A DNA stretch of 63,421 bases, the filler included, from Pelomyxa schiedti (Eukaryota; Protista; Evosea): assembly GCA_020536535.1 (NCBI GenBank). It is 22 parts of 22 records of this genome, joined end to end, with 100 filler letters (N's around TTAATTAATTAA, not from the genome) between each part and the next. Parts side by side here need not be neighbours in the genome. Positions count along the whole stretch, not along the records: positions 10,038 to 12,813 come from JAHLWZ010001892.1; positions 12,914 to 14,021 come from JAHLWZ010002824.1; positions 14,122 to 17,969 come from JAHLWZ010001671.1; positions 18,070 to 23,892 come from JAHLWZ010001468.1; 18 more parts are not named here. One strand, 5' to 3'. Shown here piece by piece: positions 12,081-22,636 of this stretch. Below the pieces are notes generated by a model. It had not been told where the DNA came from and did not search any database. It was given only the letters and a program-made list of their open reading frames with translations. Each line of letters starts with the position of its first letter. The first letter of the stretch is position 1. The position numbers and the translations under genes were made by a program.

Positions 12081-13374
12081 GTCGACGATTACGAGGTAAG
12101 TTTACCGCACCTGCTCCTTCTTTTTCCTTTTTCTTCTCTTTTTCTTTTTGTTTTGTTTTTATTCTAATTCGCAACTACGGCAATTGAAGCGGCTTGAGGA
12201 CATTTGAGAAAGAGCCACCGTCCATGGAACACTGGAATGGCTGTAGAATGACAACACCCTCATTCATGCGAGCCCAAAATTGGATGAGATCCAGAGTTTT
12301 TTTTTCATTCCGGAAAAAAGCATGGCAGCAGAACCGCTCTGTTCACTTCTCACCGAAATGTGGAGGCTCCGTAGTATAATGGTTAGTATGGGAGATTTTG
12401 GCTCTCTTGATCTCAGTTCGATTCTGAGCGGGGCCATTATTATTTTTCTTCACGCTTCAAATTTTCTTGTTTTTGTAACGTTGGCCAGGATATGTTGGAG
12501 TTTGAAAAGTTGAGAGTTGCCGCACTGTGCAAGTGATTTTTTGGAGTTGCTCTTAGTCCTGAGAGTAATTGTGGTACTTGTTACAAAGGCATCAACTTGT
12601 TGGTACACGGTGACACGTACACATAGCTGTTTGGAAACTAGGTATTGAGCCACGTAGTCCATGTAATCTGGCTTGAGAAGTTCTCTCATTTATTGTGGCG
12701 AGGTGACTTCGCGTCGCTGTAGTTCTAAGTACGGTTCTAATCACTGATGGATTTCTGGGAAAACTACCGCGAATCTGTTGGGACCCTGAGGGAGATCCAG
12801 GCGACACCTAGAANNNNNNNNNNNNNNNNNNNNNNNNNNNNNNNNNNNNNNNNNNNNTTAATTAATTAANNNNNNNNNNNNNNNNNNNNNNNNNNNNNNN
12901 NNNNNNNNNNNNNTGTTAGATTTAATTACAAGGTTGACCATTAACCGTTTCGGCCTCAAAGGCAAGTTTATCCAAGTAAGCAAAGGCACGTGATACAGTT
13001 GACTTGGCCACGTCATCATGGCAGTGAATGAAGGGTACTTCCTCACGTGGTTTCTTGGGGCACGGCTCACGAGCCTGTTCAGGAGCAATCGTGGGGGCAT
13101 TGTTGTTATTAGTAGTAGTGACTATGCTGCTGTCTTGTTCATTGTCGTTTCCGGCTTGGTTTGTATGCAAAGGATCTGTGTTGGCGCCGTAGGCCCGCAT
13201 AGATCTCGCTGCGAAACAGAATGACTAAATGCCAAAAAAAAAAAAAATATGTGCGGTACCACTTGTAAGTTTGCCGGGAACTGTTGACAGTTTTCAGTTT
13301 TCAGTTTTCGCCAGAATGTTTCTTTCTTCCTCCTATCTTTCGTTTTTCGCGTTTTGTGTTTTCCCATCAGTCGA

Positions 13375-13758
13375 TCAATCAAGGGGTCTAAGGCGGTAGT
13401 TTTCGGCAAAGTGGTCTGTAACATCGATTCTGAGATGGAACTTGCTGGGTACTTTGCCGCACCAGGACTCCAGACTCAGGGGTATCACATCTACTGTGCC
13501 GTGGCCTGTTTCCGCCTGCTCAGCGGCTGGTGCCACAAACTCCTGCTGTGCCAGGGTCTTCTTTTGACGTGAGTCCGTTATCTCTATTGCGAAGTGCTTG
13601 GCTTGTGCATAGAGCTTCATTTCCTCAACCCAATACTTAACAGTGAAGCCGGTTGACTGCACTGTAACCTGGAACCAGAAGTCTGCCGTGGGGGTACTAA
13701 CAGTGCAGCAATCCATGAGCTGCCACACTTCCCCATATCTCTCAACCGACGTTTCCAA
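13375..13758 (-). CDS. Hypothetical protein
   Basis: 127-aa ORF with protein-like composition; no recognised motif. Confidence 0.3.
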   Translation of the reverse strand: METSVERYGEVWQLMDCCTVSTPTADFWFQVTVQSTGFTVKYWVEEMKLYAQAKHFAIEITDSRQKKTLAQQEFVAPAAEQAETGHGTVDVIPLSLESWCGKVPSKFHLRIDVTDHFAENYRLRPLD

Positions 13759-14121
13759 TGTACATTCAGTTCTTGCGGCTGTTTAAGAACGGTTAAATTG
13801 TTCAGTGACATTAAAGGAACCCAAACCTTCACATACAGCAGTCCAGAAGTCAAGGCACACCAAGCGAGCAGCCAGAACAGATTCGGGGGGTAAGTACTCA
13901 ACAATATGCACCAAAATATGGTGGGGAAGGTCTAAAATGCGTGTTCCTATTTGTGTTAATTGAGAAAGGGTTTGCTTGGCACTCGTACCAGAGACAATGG
14001 AAATGTTACTGAGTGTGTTTTNNNNNNNNNNNNNNNNNNNNNNNNNNNNNNNNNNNNNNNNNNNNTTAATTAATTAANNNNNNNNNNNNNNNNNNNNNNN
14101 NNNNNNNNNNNNNNNNNNNNN

Positions 14122-16078
14122 CAGTTGCTGTTGGATGGGAACAATGGAAAGTGCAAAGCTAGGGAGCCAACAACAGGTTTTCGCGGGGTCCAAGTGAGCC
14201 TTGAATGAGAACAGCAGTGTGCCAGTGGTGGCATCAGTGACCCTGTGGCTCACATCCAGCAGCGTTGTATTTTCAGCCTTTGTTGTTGGAGTGCAATTGC
14301 TGTATGGGCCTGCACGGCGCCTCTTGCTTGCAGGCTCAGATAAAGATGACAAGAAGTTGGGGTAAAGAAAGGTCAGTGTGCTGCTTACGATCAGGCCACC
14401 TCCAGTGATCACAACAGCGGTTCCAGGAGGGTGCTGAATGGAGCGGCACAAGCGAAGTACTGTTGATGAAGACACTTGGGGAAGCGCATGTTTGATGAGG
14501 GGGGTGGAAAGCTGGAAAACGGAAGTTTTGTAGCACAACAAGTCAGTGGTGCACATGTGAGTCTCATCAACAGCCTGCACAACAAGTTGGGAACTCCCAT
14601 TCCCACCACCATCACCATGACCAAGCCAAGTCAGCACTTGCCCTGTGTTGGCAAACAGAAGTTTTTCTTGGGATCTTTCAGCTGAGAATGGGAAGAAGTA
14701 CCACATGTGTAGCCTGTCAACGAGTGGTGCACAAAGAGTATCAAAAAAGACCGGGTTCTTGCACTGTATGTGAAAGCCACCCACAGGTAAAACTCCCTTC
14801 TGGCAATCAGTGAGCAGGGGGTCAGTGGCTCTCTTCAGGTCGACATGCATCACACAAAGGAAGTGCCCCTCCTCAGTGGTGTCTTCTTGTTCTTCGCTGC
14901 CATCTTTGTCATCATCTTTCCCACAATCAACATGAGCACCAGAGTCGTAACCTCTGAAGTAACTTCGACGGAAAATGATTTCGAGGGTGTCAGACTCACA
15001 GTTGTATTCACTTGGACCAAAGAACCTCACTGAGTAAACAATGCACCTCTTCCAAGGCAGGGACAGGATATTTGTGTACGGCCTCGGCCAGCAGTGATCC
15101 ACATAGAACTTTGGCTCTTCAGAAACCCAGTATTCAGATTTGTTCAAAAAAATGACCACCTGGTGCACACCAACAATCCACCTGCTGTTGAAACACATTG
15201 GTGGCTCAAAGGTAAACTCGTCATGAGTGTCTGTGCCCCCACGTGAGGTTCCACACACAGGAGTATTCAATAACATCAACACTAATACTATAACACTAAT
15301 AGGTAGGATTAATATATCAGTGCCACCACCCACCATGTCTGTTGAAGTAACTGGCCTCGGATTCCCCATCTACAGCTTGTATCACAACGGAATGTTCTTG
15401 TCCCTCAGCTGCGCAGAGCATTGGTGCCACGGAGCCGCCGCCGCCGCCGTTCACCAGCCGAGGAAGCTCAACAGACAGAGGCCCACCGCGCAACAGCCCA
15501 AGCGTGGCAGACAGTGAGACGAACAGCCGCCTGTCGCGCTCCAGATGCGCCTGGTGCTCGCCGCATCCCCTGCGCTCCTGCCTCTTCCCCTCGACCGACT
15601 TGAACCCAAGTGTGAGTATCACGTTCCTCTCGGGCCTCATGACCCACGCCTTCCCAATGCACTCAATCACGACCCACAATGGAAGCATCCCGACGTAACA
15701 AGGCGAAGTGGCGGGAGAAGAAGAAGAAGAAGAAGAAGAAGTGGCGGCGGTGGAGGAAGCAGAATTGTGGGATGATTCCACATGCACGACAAGAGGGGCA
15801 GAAGAAGATGACGAGGAGGAAGAGGGCGAAAGTTTCTCGGCGGCGGTGGCGGCACTACCCGGGAGCAAAAAAGACGGCGTGTTTGGGATTATGGGACTGG
15901 TGGTGCACTGTTGCCGGCGACTTGTTGCTTCTGTGCGGGTAGTGGCGGCGGCATGCAATAATGGGATGAGTTGGTCGGCAGCCTTAACGACACCGTTGGG
16001 GGTGGTCATCTCCCATGCCTTCAAGGTCCGACGTTGCTGCCACTGCAGTGACCGTGACTCCCGGTACCACATCATCAT
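14122..16078 (-). CDS. HPRCG-box family protein (split-box subtype), one intron; 3' end at gap
   Basis: KAADQLIPLLHAA…(Ser-rich insert)…MLPLWVVIECIGKAWVMRPERNV…FVSLSATLG. A ~52-nt GT-AG intron near 15282-15333 joins the two ORFs; body has CFNSRWIV and VTDATTGTLLFSF. Confidence 0.8.
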
Positions 16079-16145
16079 TGTGATTTTCTTGATAAAGATT
16101 CAAGGCAGTCCTCAGAGGAGTTCTTTGAGTTCGTCGTTGTTGCAC

Positions 16146-17600
16146 ATGAAAAGGGGCCCCGCCAACCAACGGGTTGTTGCGACCAACGGCCGCGCCGCCA
16201 ACCGAAGCTTGGGCGCTCGCGAACCCACAATTTCGGTTGGGATCCACCTTTCCGCCAACGCCCAGATGCTCGCGCTGGCGACATCGTGGCACCCACGATG
16301 CGGCGCATCCAGCCCCGCACGCCTCCTCCAGTCCCAACCCGCCGTTCTTCGTCAATTATGGGATTCCTGCGTCTCTTCGTTTGTTCCTCCTCCCCCGCAC
16401 ACATCAACACCAACACCAACAACAGCGCAATCACACCACCCAACAACGGCACCAACAGCAACAAAATCAACACAACCATCACAGTCACAGTGCTGTTGTT
16501 GCTGTTGGCCAACAACGTCATTGATTGGTGTGGTGGTGTCAGCTGAGCCACAGGGTGGTCTCACTGACAAGAGGCTCATCACGTTTGGTGTGTCAAGGGA
16601 ACTCGTCGGTGCGTTGGCTGGGTCTGTGTCTGTCAGCCCTGCGTGGTGTCAGCCAACCTCTTATTGGCGCGACCCGCCGTGCTGTGTTTACGCTGCTGGG
16701 AGTGGCATCCACGTGCTGGAGAAGAATTACTCGCTCAACCAGGAGTTCGCTGAATTCAGCATGGTGTTGCCCTCGGCAATCGAAGAGAACGGAAGAACAC
16801 CAGCCAACAAGGCGATGTGGCGGTGGGGCGGGGAGACATCACAGACAGCAGATGGAATGGTGAACAGCAAGTGGTGGGTGGTGTATTGTGACATGAGTCG
16901 CTGGCTGCCCTCAGAGGTGTGCATCTCCAGGATTTCTGGAAGCCATGGTGGCGAAAGGCTGGGCCCAAGTTCTGGTGGCACCGTGTGCAGATTGAAGGTT
17001 CCCTTTTTGATGGGGTTCTTCCTCAGCAAGTTCGACCCAGATGAAGCTGCAATGGTGACTGCAGACCACGCGAATGGGAGCCTAGTTATCTCTGTGATTG
17101 ATGTTGAAGCTACTTTCTCGACTGGTGCCGCAAAGCTTCTGAGTGAAACCAAGTGGTTGATTTATGATTACAACTGCTTTGTGCTCTCAGGCATGATCTT
17201 TCACCACCAAACAACAGGGTCAAGGAGCTTCGTCATTGTGACACATTCAACCATGCCGGATTTCGAAGAGTCAGAGGCATTCATTGTGGAAGAGAGCACC
17301 AGTTGTCAGAGGAAAATCGATGGTTACTTCAGAGAAGTTTCACAACTGAATGAGTCTCTGTTTTGTGTGTCACTTTCAGCAGAATATCAACTGTGGGAAG
17401 CGAGAGTGGCCAGGGAACAACCACTGAGGAGGGTCTCAATTTGCCATCATGATGTTGTCACTGCCGAGTGTGGTCTGTTGTTCCACAGGACACAAGGCAA
17501 TTCTGTTGTAAATGTGACTCATGCTGCAACAGGAATGCTCATCCTCTCTTTCACTGTTCCTCCTAAGTCCGCCACTCACATTTCTGGCTTTCTTCTTTGA
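16146..17600 (+). CDS. HPRCG-box family protein
   Basis: SANAQMLALATSWHPRCGASSPARLL…LRQLWD…FGVSRELVG…VNSKWWV…SQLNESLFCVS…THAATGMLILSF. Start taken at ATG 16146; the upstream part of the track ORF is antisense to the neighbouring gene. Confidence 0.85.
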   Translation: MKRGPANQRVVATNGRAANRSLGAREPTISVGIHLSANAQMLALATSWHPRCGASSPARLLQSQPAVLRQLWDSCVSSFVPPPPHTSTPTPTTAQSHHPTTAPTATKSTQPSQSQCCCCCWPTTSLIGVVVSAEPQGGLTDKRLITFGVSRELVGALAGSVSVSPAWCQPTSYWRDPPCCVYAAGSGIHVLEKNYSLNQEFAEFSMVLPSAIEENGRTPANKAMWRWGGETSQTADGMVNSKWWVVYCDMSRWLPSEVCISRISGSHGGERLGPSSGGTVCRLKVPFLMGFFLSKFDPDEAAMVTADHANGSLVISVIDVEATFSTGAAKLLSETKWLIYDYNCFVLSGMIFHHQTTGSRSFVIVTHSTMPDFEESEAFIVEESTSCQRKIDGYFREVSQLNESLFCVSLSAEYQLWEARVAREQPLRRVSICHHDVVTAECGLLFHRTQGNSVVNVTHAATGMLILSFTVPPKSATHISGFLL

Positions 17601-18127
17601 TTGAATTCATAAGTTTACACTGTTTTCTAAAATGGTTCCTCATGTGAAGGAGGGAGAAAGTGAGTCAGTGAACCAAGAGTAGTGTGAAAGTGATGACTTC
17701 CAGAAAAGGGAATCACAGAGTTGGCACTGAGCGACCCACAGATGTCGGAATGCAATGACACGTGATGCTTTGATCTCGTTACGAACCCCCATTCACAGTA
17801 GCGGGTTACACAGCTGAGGAGAGTGCCTGAGCAAAAAAAAAAGAGGGAGGAGTTTAAAGACCACACAATAGAGAAACCAGTAACAGAGGTGTCACCGACA
17901 GAGAATACAAGTGCCCCCGGGTCTCATCAGTGCGGCCTTCAACTCAAGGTACTTGAGTTTTTAGAGCTGNNNNNNNNNNNNNNNNNNNNNNNNNNNNNNN
18001 NNNNNNNNNNNNNTTAATTAATTAANNNNNNNNNNNNNNNNNNNNNNNNNNNNNNNNNNNNNNNNNNNNACAGCAGGGTGGAACCCACACAGCAACAAAA
18101 GCAGGTTTGTTTTTTCAATCTCAGCAC

Positions 18128-19318
18128 TCACAACAAGAACGAGAAAAGGTGACCAATTTGGTCCACTGCCAGTGAAGTTTCCAATGTGATAACTGTGGAA
18201 CCAGAATCATAATCAGTGACAACGATACAGTGATCATCCCTCATGTGAAACAGGAGCCCAGAATGCGCAATTGCCATCTGGCAGTGTTCAACGTGGTCCA
18301 CAATCCTCAGGGAACGTGAGGGACTGTTGCAATCCCAAATCTCCACTCTGTTTGGGCAGGACACACAAAAAAGCCTCTCGTTCAACTGTGACAGAGCAAC
18401 ACTGCCTTCAATGAAGTTGTAAACTGTTGTGTTGGTTGCATGTGAGCCTGAAGTGCACTCCCTGAACTGGAGGAGGATGAATTTTGAGCTGTAAACCATC
18501 ACCACGAAGGAACGCTCCTTGGATTCCGTCTGAAGAACAAGAACCTTTGGAATCGAGCATCTTTCGTGCATGGTTCTAGGAGGGAGTGTTATGGAAACAG
18601 CCTGTGTGCACTGAGAGCGAGAGTCGAACCACATCCGTGCAACGTTGAACACGCACAGCTCAATAACACGGGGAAGAATGGAAACTAACACAGCTTCGTC
18701 GTGGCGGCTCTGGTTCATGAATACATTCACCACATTCACCATTTCCGGCATTGGAACTCCAACTTGTGTCATGGTACCAAATCTGTTTTTCTCCAGCAAC
18801 AGGTTCCCAAGCACAACCCTCGTGTTCCTTGGATCATGTAAAACGAGCCACCTGTGGTTCATTGCACAGGGCCCCTCCACTATACTCTCTGGCCCGCAGC
18901 TGACTCCGCGTGGCGGGTTCTTGTTCCCAGAGGAGGAGGCACTGAACGTCAGCCTTCTCAGAACGCAGAGCGACTCCCTTGAGTAGTAGGAGTTTCTCTC
19001 GACTACATTCAAGTGATTGGCACCAATCATTTCGCAGGCGAACGAGTAGCTCGGCCTCTGGAGCGGTGGCGTCGGCACGACCCCGTGTGTGATTGGCGAC
19101 ACCCCAAACGTGAACAGGGTCGAGTGGTCGCGCGTTGGCACGGCCTCGACGCTGAAGTGCATTGTGGGACACACCGAGACCCACTCCCACACGAGCCGGG
19201 CGACCGAGGACGCAGACACGCCGTCCCACAATGGCAAAATGCGAGCGAGGGGCGTGTCGCCGCCGCACCTCGGGTGCCCCATCGTGCACAGTGCAACAAA
19301 CTGCGAGACGAGGTCCAT
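18128..19318 (-). CDS. HPRCG-box family protein, triplicated subfamily copy A
   Basis: Intronless 396-aa ORF: SQFVALCTMGHPRCGGDTPLARILP…SQLNERLFCVS…WDCN. Confidence 0.9.
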   Translation of the reverse strand: MDLVSQFVALCTMGHPRCGGDTPLARILPLWDGVSASSVARLVWEWVSVCPTMHFSVEAVPTRDHSTLFTFGVSPITHGVVPTPPLQRPSYSFACEMIGANHLNVVERNSYYSRESLCVLRRLTFSASSSGNKNPPRGVSCGPESIVEGPCAMNHRWLVLHDPRNTRVVLGNLLLEKNRFGTMTQVGVPMPEMVNVVNVFMNQSRHDEAVLVSILPRVIELCVFNVARMWFDSRSQCTQAVSITLPPRTMHERCSIPKVLVLQTESKERSFVVMVYSSKFILLQFRECTSGSHATNTTVYNFIEGSVALSQLNERLFCVSCPNRVEIWDCNSPSRSLRIVDHVEHCQMAIAHSGLLFHMRDDHCIVVTDYDSGSTVITLETSLAVDQIGHLFSFLL

Positions 19319-19365
19319 GGTTATTGGTGAAAGTTAAACTCCCACCCACATCAACTTATGCGAAA

Positions 19366-20751
19366 ATGGACAACGCTTGGTGCATCAGCGGCACAGGGTA
19401 TTGTCGGTGCGACACAGTGATCGATACACACGCACAGTTTCTGGCGCTTATGGGATCGAGCCACCCGCGGTGCGGCCTCGGGTGCGCCCCGTCCCTCGTG
19501 GCGCTATCGCGCGACGAGCCGTTCATGAGGTCCCTCTGGCTATCGTGGGCCGTCGACGGCGCCGTGTCCGCGGTGCTCATGACGGCGCTGTCACGCTCGA
19601 GCGAACAAGCCCACGTGGAGGTGCCGCTGCGGTTCTCGCCGCTCCTCGGCAGCGTCTCGATTATGGGTCGCGGGGTCAGGCTGTGGCCGCCCCACGACTC
19701 GTGGCGCTGGGTGGGCTCCACCCACTGCCTCGTTGCCCCACCCAGAGTTATGGGAATGGATCCTGCCCCATACCATTTCAAGAACATGACCCATGAGACT
19801 AACAGCAGTAGTAGTAGTGGTGCAAGTAGTGGGTGTGATGAAGTTCCAGGGTGCCTGTATCCATTCACAAATGGGAAGTGGCTGGTGTGGCCCACGGGGG
19901 ACAGAAGCGAGGCGGGCAGAACCGTGGCTGTCGCCGATTTGCAGAGCCTGATGCGGCATGAGGGTACAGTGCCAGTTGTTACTGAGTATTCGGCTGAGCA
20001 TGGCGCTGATATACGGGCAGGTGCATTTTCTGGTGCAGATGAGCTTGTGATTGCTGATCTCGTACCAAGTGGGCAGTGGACTGGCTCCACTATGTTCAGG
20101 GTGTTCGATCTGGCCAAATCCACCTGTGATGGGGAGTCACGTACTCTGCATCTCGTTGAATCCTTTGAGGTGCCTCTGAAGCTCTGTATAGTATCTCCCA
20201 TTTTGTTGATGAAGAAAATGGATGGCACCAGAGTCATCATTGCAGCGATGAGAAAGGAGGCATCACCATTCGAAAAAGATGAAATCCACTGGATTCGTGG
20301 GAATGGGGATTCAGTTGCAATCACGAGTGGTTGCATCAACCTGCACAAGGCAACAGAGTCGTTGTTCTGTATCATCAAGAAAGACACACATGAAGTCTGG
20401 GATGTGAACAACCCAAACGATCCCTCTGCAATTGGTGTGTGCAAAGCAGTCATCAAGAGTCCTGTGAACACTGCTCCAGCAGTAGCCACTGTCTCTGTCT
20501 CAGACAACAAACCCAAAACGGTGTTTGATATCTTCGAAATGGCGCTACCTCCAGTTCCAGTGGGAGGGTACATCCGTGGCTGGTTTCAGTGCTGTGGAAC
20601 ACTGATTTTCGTGCTTGTAAAAGCCAAAGTGAGTGTGGTGGACATGCTCACTGGTTATGTTCTTCTCAACGTTTTCCCACAAGAAGGCTGGGAATTTGAG
20701 CCACTGCATCGCTGGAGTTGTGTCCCATTGCCTGTATCCTCCTCTTTGTGA
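19366..20751 (+). CDS. HPRCG-box family protein
   Basis: AQFLALMGSSHPRCGLGCAPSLVAL…SLWLSW…FSPLLG…NGKWLV…ESLFCI…WDVNNP…VVDMLTGYVLLNV. Confidence 0.88.
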   Translation: MDNAWCISGTGYCRCDTVIDTHAQFLALMGSSHPRCGLGCAPSLVALSRDEPFMRSLWLSWAVDGAVSAVLMTALSRSSEQAHVEVPLRFSPLLGSVSIMGRGVRLWPPHDSWRWVGSTHCLVAPPRVMGMDPAPYHFKNMTHETNSSSSSGASSGCDEVPGCLYPFTNGKWLVWPTGDRSEAGRTVAVADLQSLMRHEGTVPVVTEYSAEHGADIRAGAFSGADELVIADLVPSGQWTGSTMFRVFDLAKSTCDGESRTLHLVESFEVPLKLCIVSPILLMKKMDGTRVIIAAMRKEASPFEKDEIHWIRGNGDSVAITSGCINLHKATESLFCIIKKDTHEVWDVNNPNDPSAIGVCKAVIKSPVNTAPAVATVSVSDNKPKTVFDIFEMALPPVPVGGYIRGWFQCCGTLIFVLVKAKVSVVDMLTGYVLLNVFPQEGWEFEPLHRWSCVPLPVSSSL

Positions 20752-20801
20752 AAAATTGTTGTACCACGGAGTTAGTGTGGTTGTACTAGGCACTGTGAAA
20801 C

Positions 20802-21080
20802 TGTTAGCTTCTGTGGGAAGAGAATAAAGCCCCACAGAGTGAGAGTGTAAAGGTTCTCTTGCTTGTTCTCGTGCTTGGGTTGCACGTGTTCAAAGGATAA
20901 TTAATTTGGTGCGGTTAGGTGCGGTTAGCTTCAAAGCCACGCTGTTGTCCAATTCTCAGTCAAGATTGCCTCAGAATCAATCACCACTGCAGTCCGCATT
21001 AGTGCGTTCTGTGTCTCATAAGATCGTCACTGCCTTATTCCAGTAATTCCATCAAGCCCGCATTGGATCTCGAGAGTCGA
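20802..21080. mobile_element. LTR-like terminal repeat fragment (TGTTAG end, hairpin)
   Basis: Near-identical to 50906-51203 apart from an indel after the hairpin. Confidence 0.8.
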
Positions 21081-21214
21081 CTCAGAGTTTCAGCTCAATT
21101 TTTTTTGCAGTTTGAAAACAACAGAGTGGCATGCTTGATTATGATAACAAAAAAAGGAGGGACATTTCCACAAAGAACGCTCCAACCAACATCACCACGT
21201 TATTCAGTGAGCAC

Positions 21215-22456
21215 TCACAACATGAACGAGAAAAGGCGACCAATTCTTTCCTCTGCAGCAAAGTGTGAAAGGTACAATGTGATAACAGTGGAACCAGAAT
21301 CATAATCAGTGACAACGATACAGTGATCATCCCTCATGTGGAACAGGAACCCACCATGTGCAATTGCCATCTTACAGGGGAAAATGTGCTCCACAATCCT
21401 CAGGGAACGCGAGGGACTGTTGCAATCCCAAATCTCCACTCTGTGTGGGCAGGACACACAGAAAAGCCTCTCGTTCAACTGTGACAGAGCAACACTGCCT
21501 TCAATGAAGTTGTAAATGGTTGTGTTGGTTGCATGTGAGCCTGAAGTGCACTCCCTGAACTGGAGGAGGATGAATTTTGAGTCATAAACCATCACAACGA
21601 AGGTCCGCTCCTTGGATTCGGTCTGAAGAACAAGAACCTTTGGAATGGAGCATGTTTTGGAGATGGCAGTAGTTGGTGCTGTTCTTGAAAGAGTCTGGGG
21701 GCACTGAAGGTCAAACCAGGTCATTGCAACGTTGAATATACACAGCTCAACAGCATCAGGCAGCATGGAAGCCAGCACAGCTTCGTCGTGGCAGCTCTGG
21801 TTCATGAATACATTCACCACATTCACCCTTTCCGGCATGCGCATTTCAAGTGGAGTTGTGCCACCCAACCCGCTTGGCTCCAGCAACAGGTTGCCGATCA
21901 CAACCTTCATGTTCCTTGTGTCATGCAAAACAAGCCACCTGTGGTTCATGGCACTGTGCCCCCCCCATGATTGGCTCCGCAACGCTGTGACATGGCCACT
22001 GATTCCACGTCGCGGTGGCTCCCTGTTCTCAGAGGAGGAGGCACTGAACGGCAGCCTCCTCAGAACCCGGAATGACTCCAAGTTCCCGTCTCTCTCGACG
22101 ACATTCAAGTGATTGGCACCAACTAGTTCCCAAGCGACGGAGGAACTCGGCCTCTGGAGTGGTGGTGTATGCACGACCCCGTGTGTGATTGGCGACACCC
22201 CAAACGTGAACAGCGTCGAGCGGTTGTACATCCGCACGGCCTCGACGCTGAAGTGCATTGTGGGACACACCGAGGCCCACTCCCAGACCAGCCGGGCGAC
22301 CGACGAGGCCGACACGCCGTCCCACAATGGCAAAACGCGAGCGAGGGGCGTGTCGCGGCCGCACCTCGAGTGTCCCATCGTGCACAGTGCAACAAACTGC
22401 AAAACAAAATCAATCGACGCAATCGTGTTGTGCCAACCGCCACGATTGTTATCCAT
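21215..22456 (-). CDS. HPRCG-box family protein, triplicated subfamily copy B
   Basis: LQFVALCTMGHSRCGRDTPLARVLP; closely similar to 18128-19318 and 22637-23839. Confidence 0.9.
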   Translation of the reverse strand: MDNNRGGWHNTIASIDFVLQFVALCTMGHSRCGRDTPLARVLPLWDGVSASSVARLVWEWASVCPTMHFSVEAVRMYNRSTLFTFGVSPITHGVVHTPPLQRPSSSVAWELVGANHLNVVERDGNLESFRVLRRLPFSASSSENREPPRRGISGHVTALRSQSWGGHSAMNHRWLVLHDTRNMKVVIGNLLLEPSGLGGTTPLEMRMPERVNVVNVFMNQSCHDEAVLASMLPDAVELCIFNVAMTWFDLQCPQTLSRTAPTTAISKTCSIPKVLVLQTESKERTFVVMVYDSKFILLQFRECTSGSHATNTTIYNFIEGSVALSQLNERLFCVSCPHRVEIWDCNSPSRSLRIVEHIFPCKMAIAHGGFLFHMRDDHCIVVTDYDSGSTVITLYLSHFAAEERIGRLFSFML

Positions 22457-22636
22457 CGTGTAAATCAAAAGGTGAAACCGTTTTTTTTCTTCCCAAGAGA
22501 AATCAACTGGGCGGTACAACCTGGCTGCTGAAGAAGGCATAATGCACAGTACAAACTGGGTGAGTTATAGTGCAAACAACAGCAGGGTGGAACCCACACA
22601 GCAACAAAAGCAGGTTTGTTTTTTCAATCTCAGCAC

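Noticed and set aside
19356-20573. 405-aa antisense ORF (and similar ones such as 62155-62886, 62730-63386, and 15708-16145 of the 630-aa ORF)
   Set aside because: Shadow ORFs opposite real genes; no motifs of their own.
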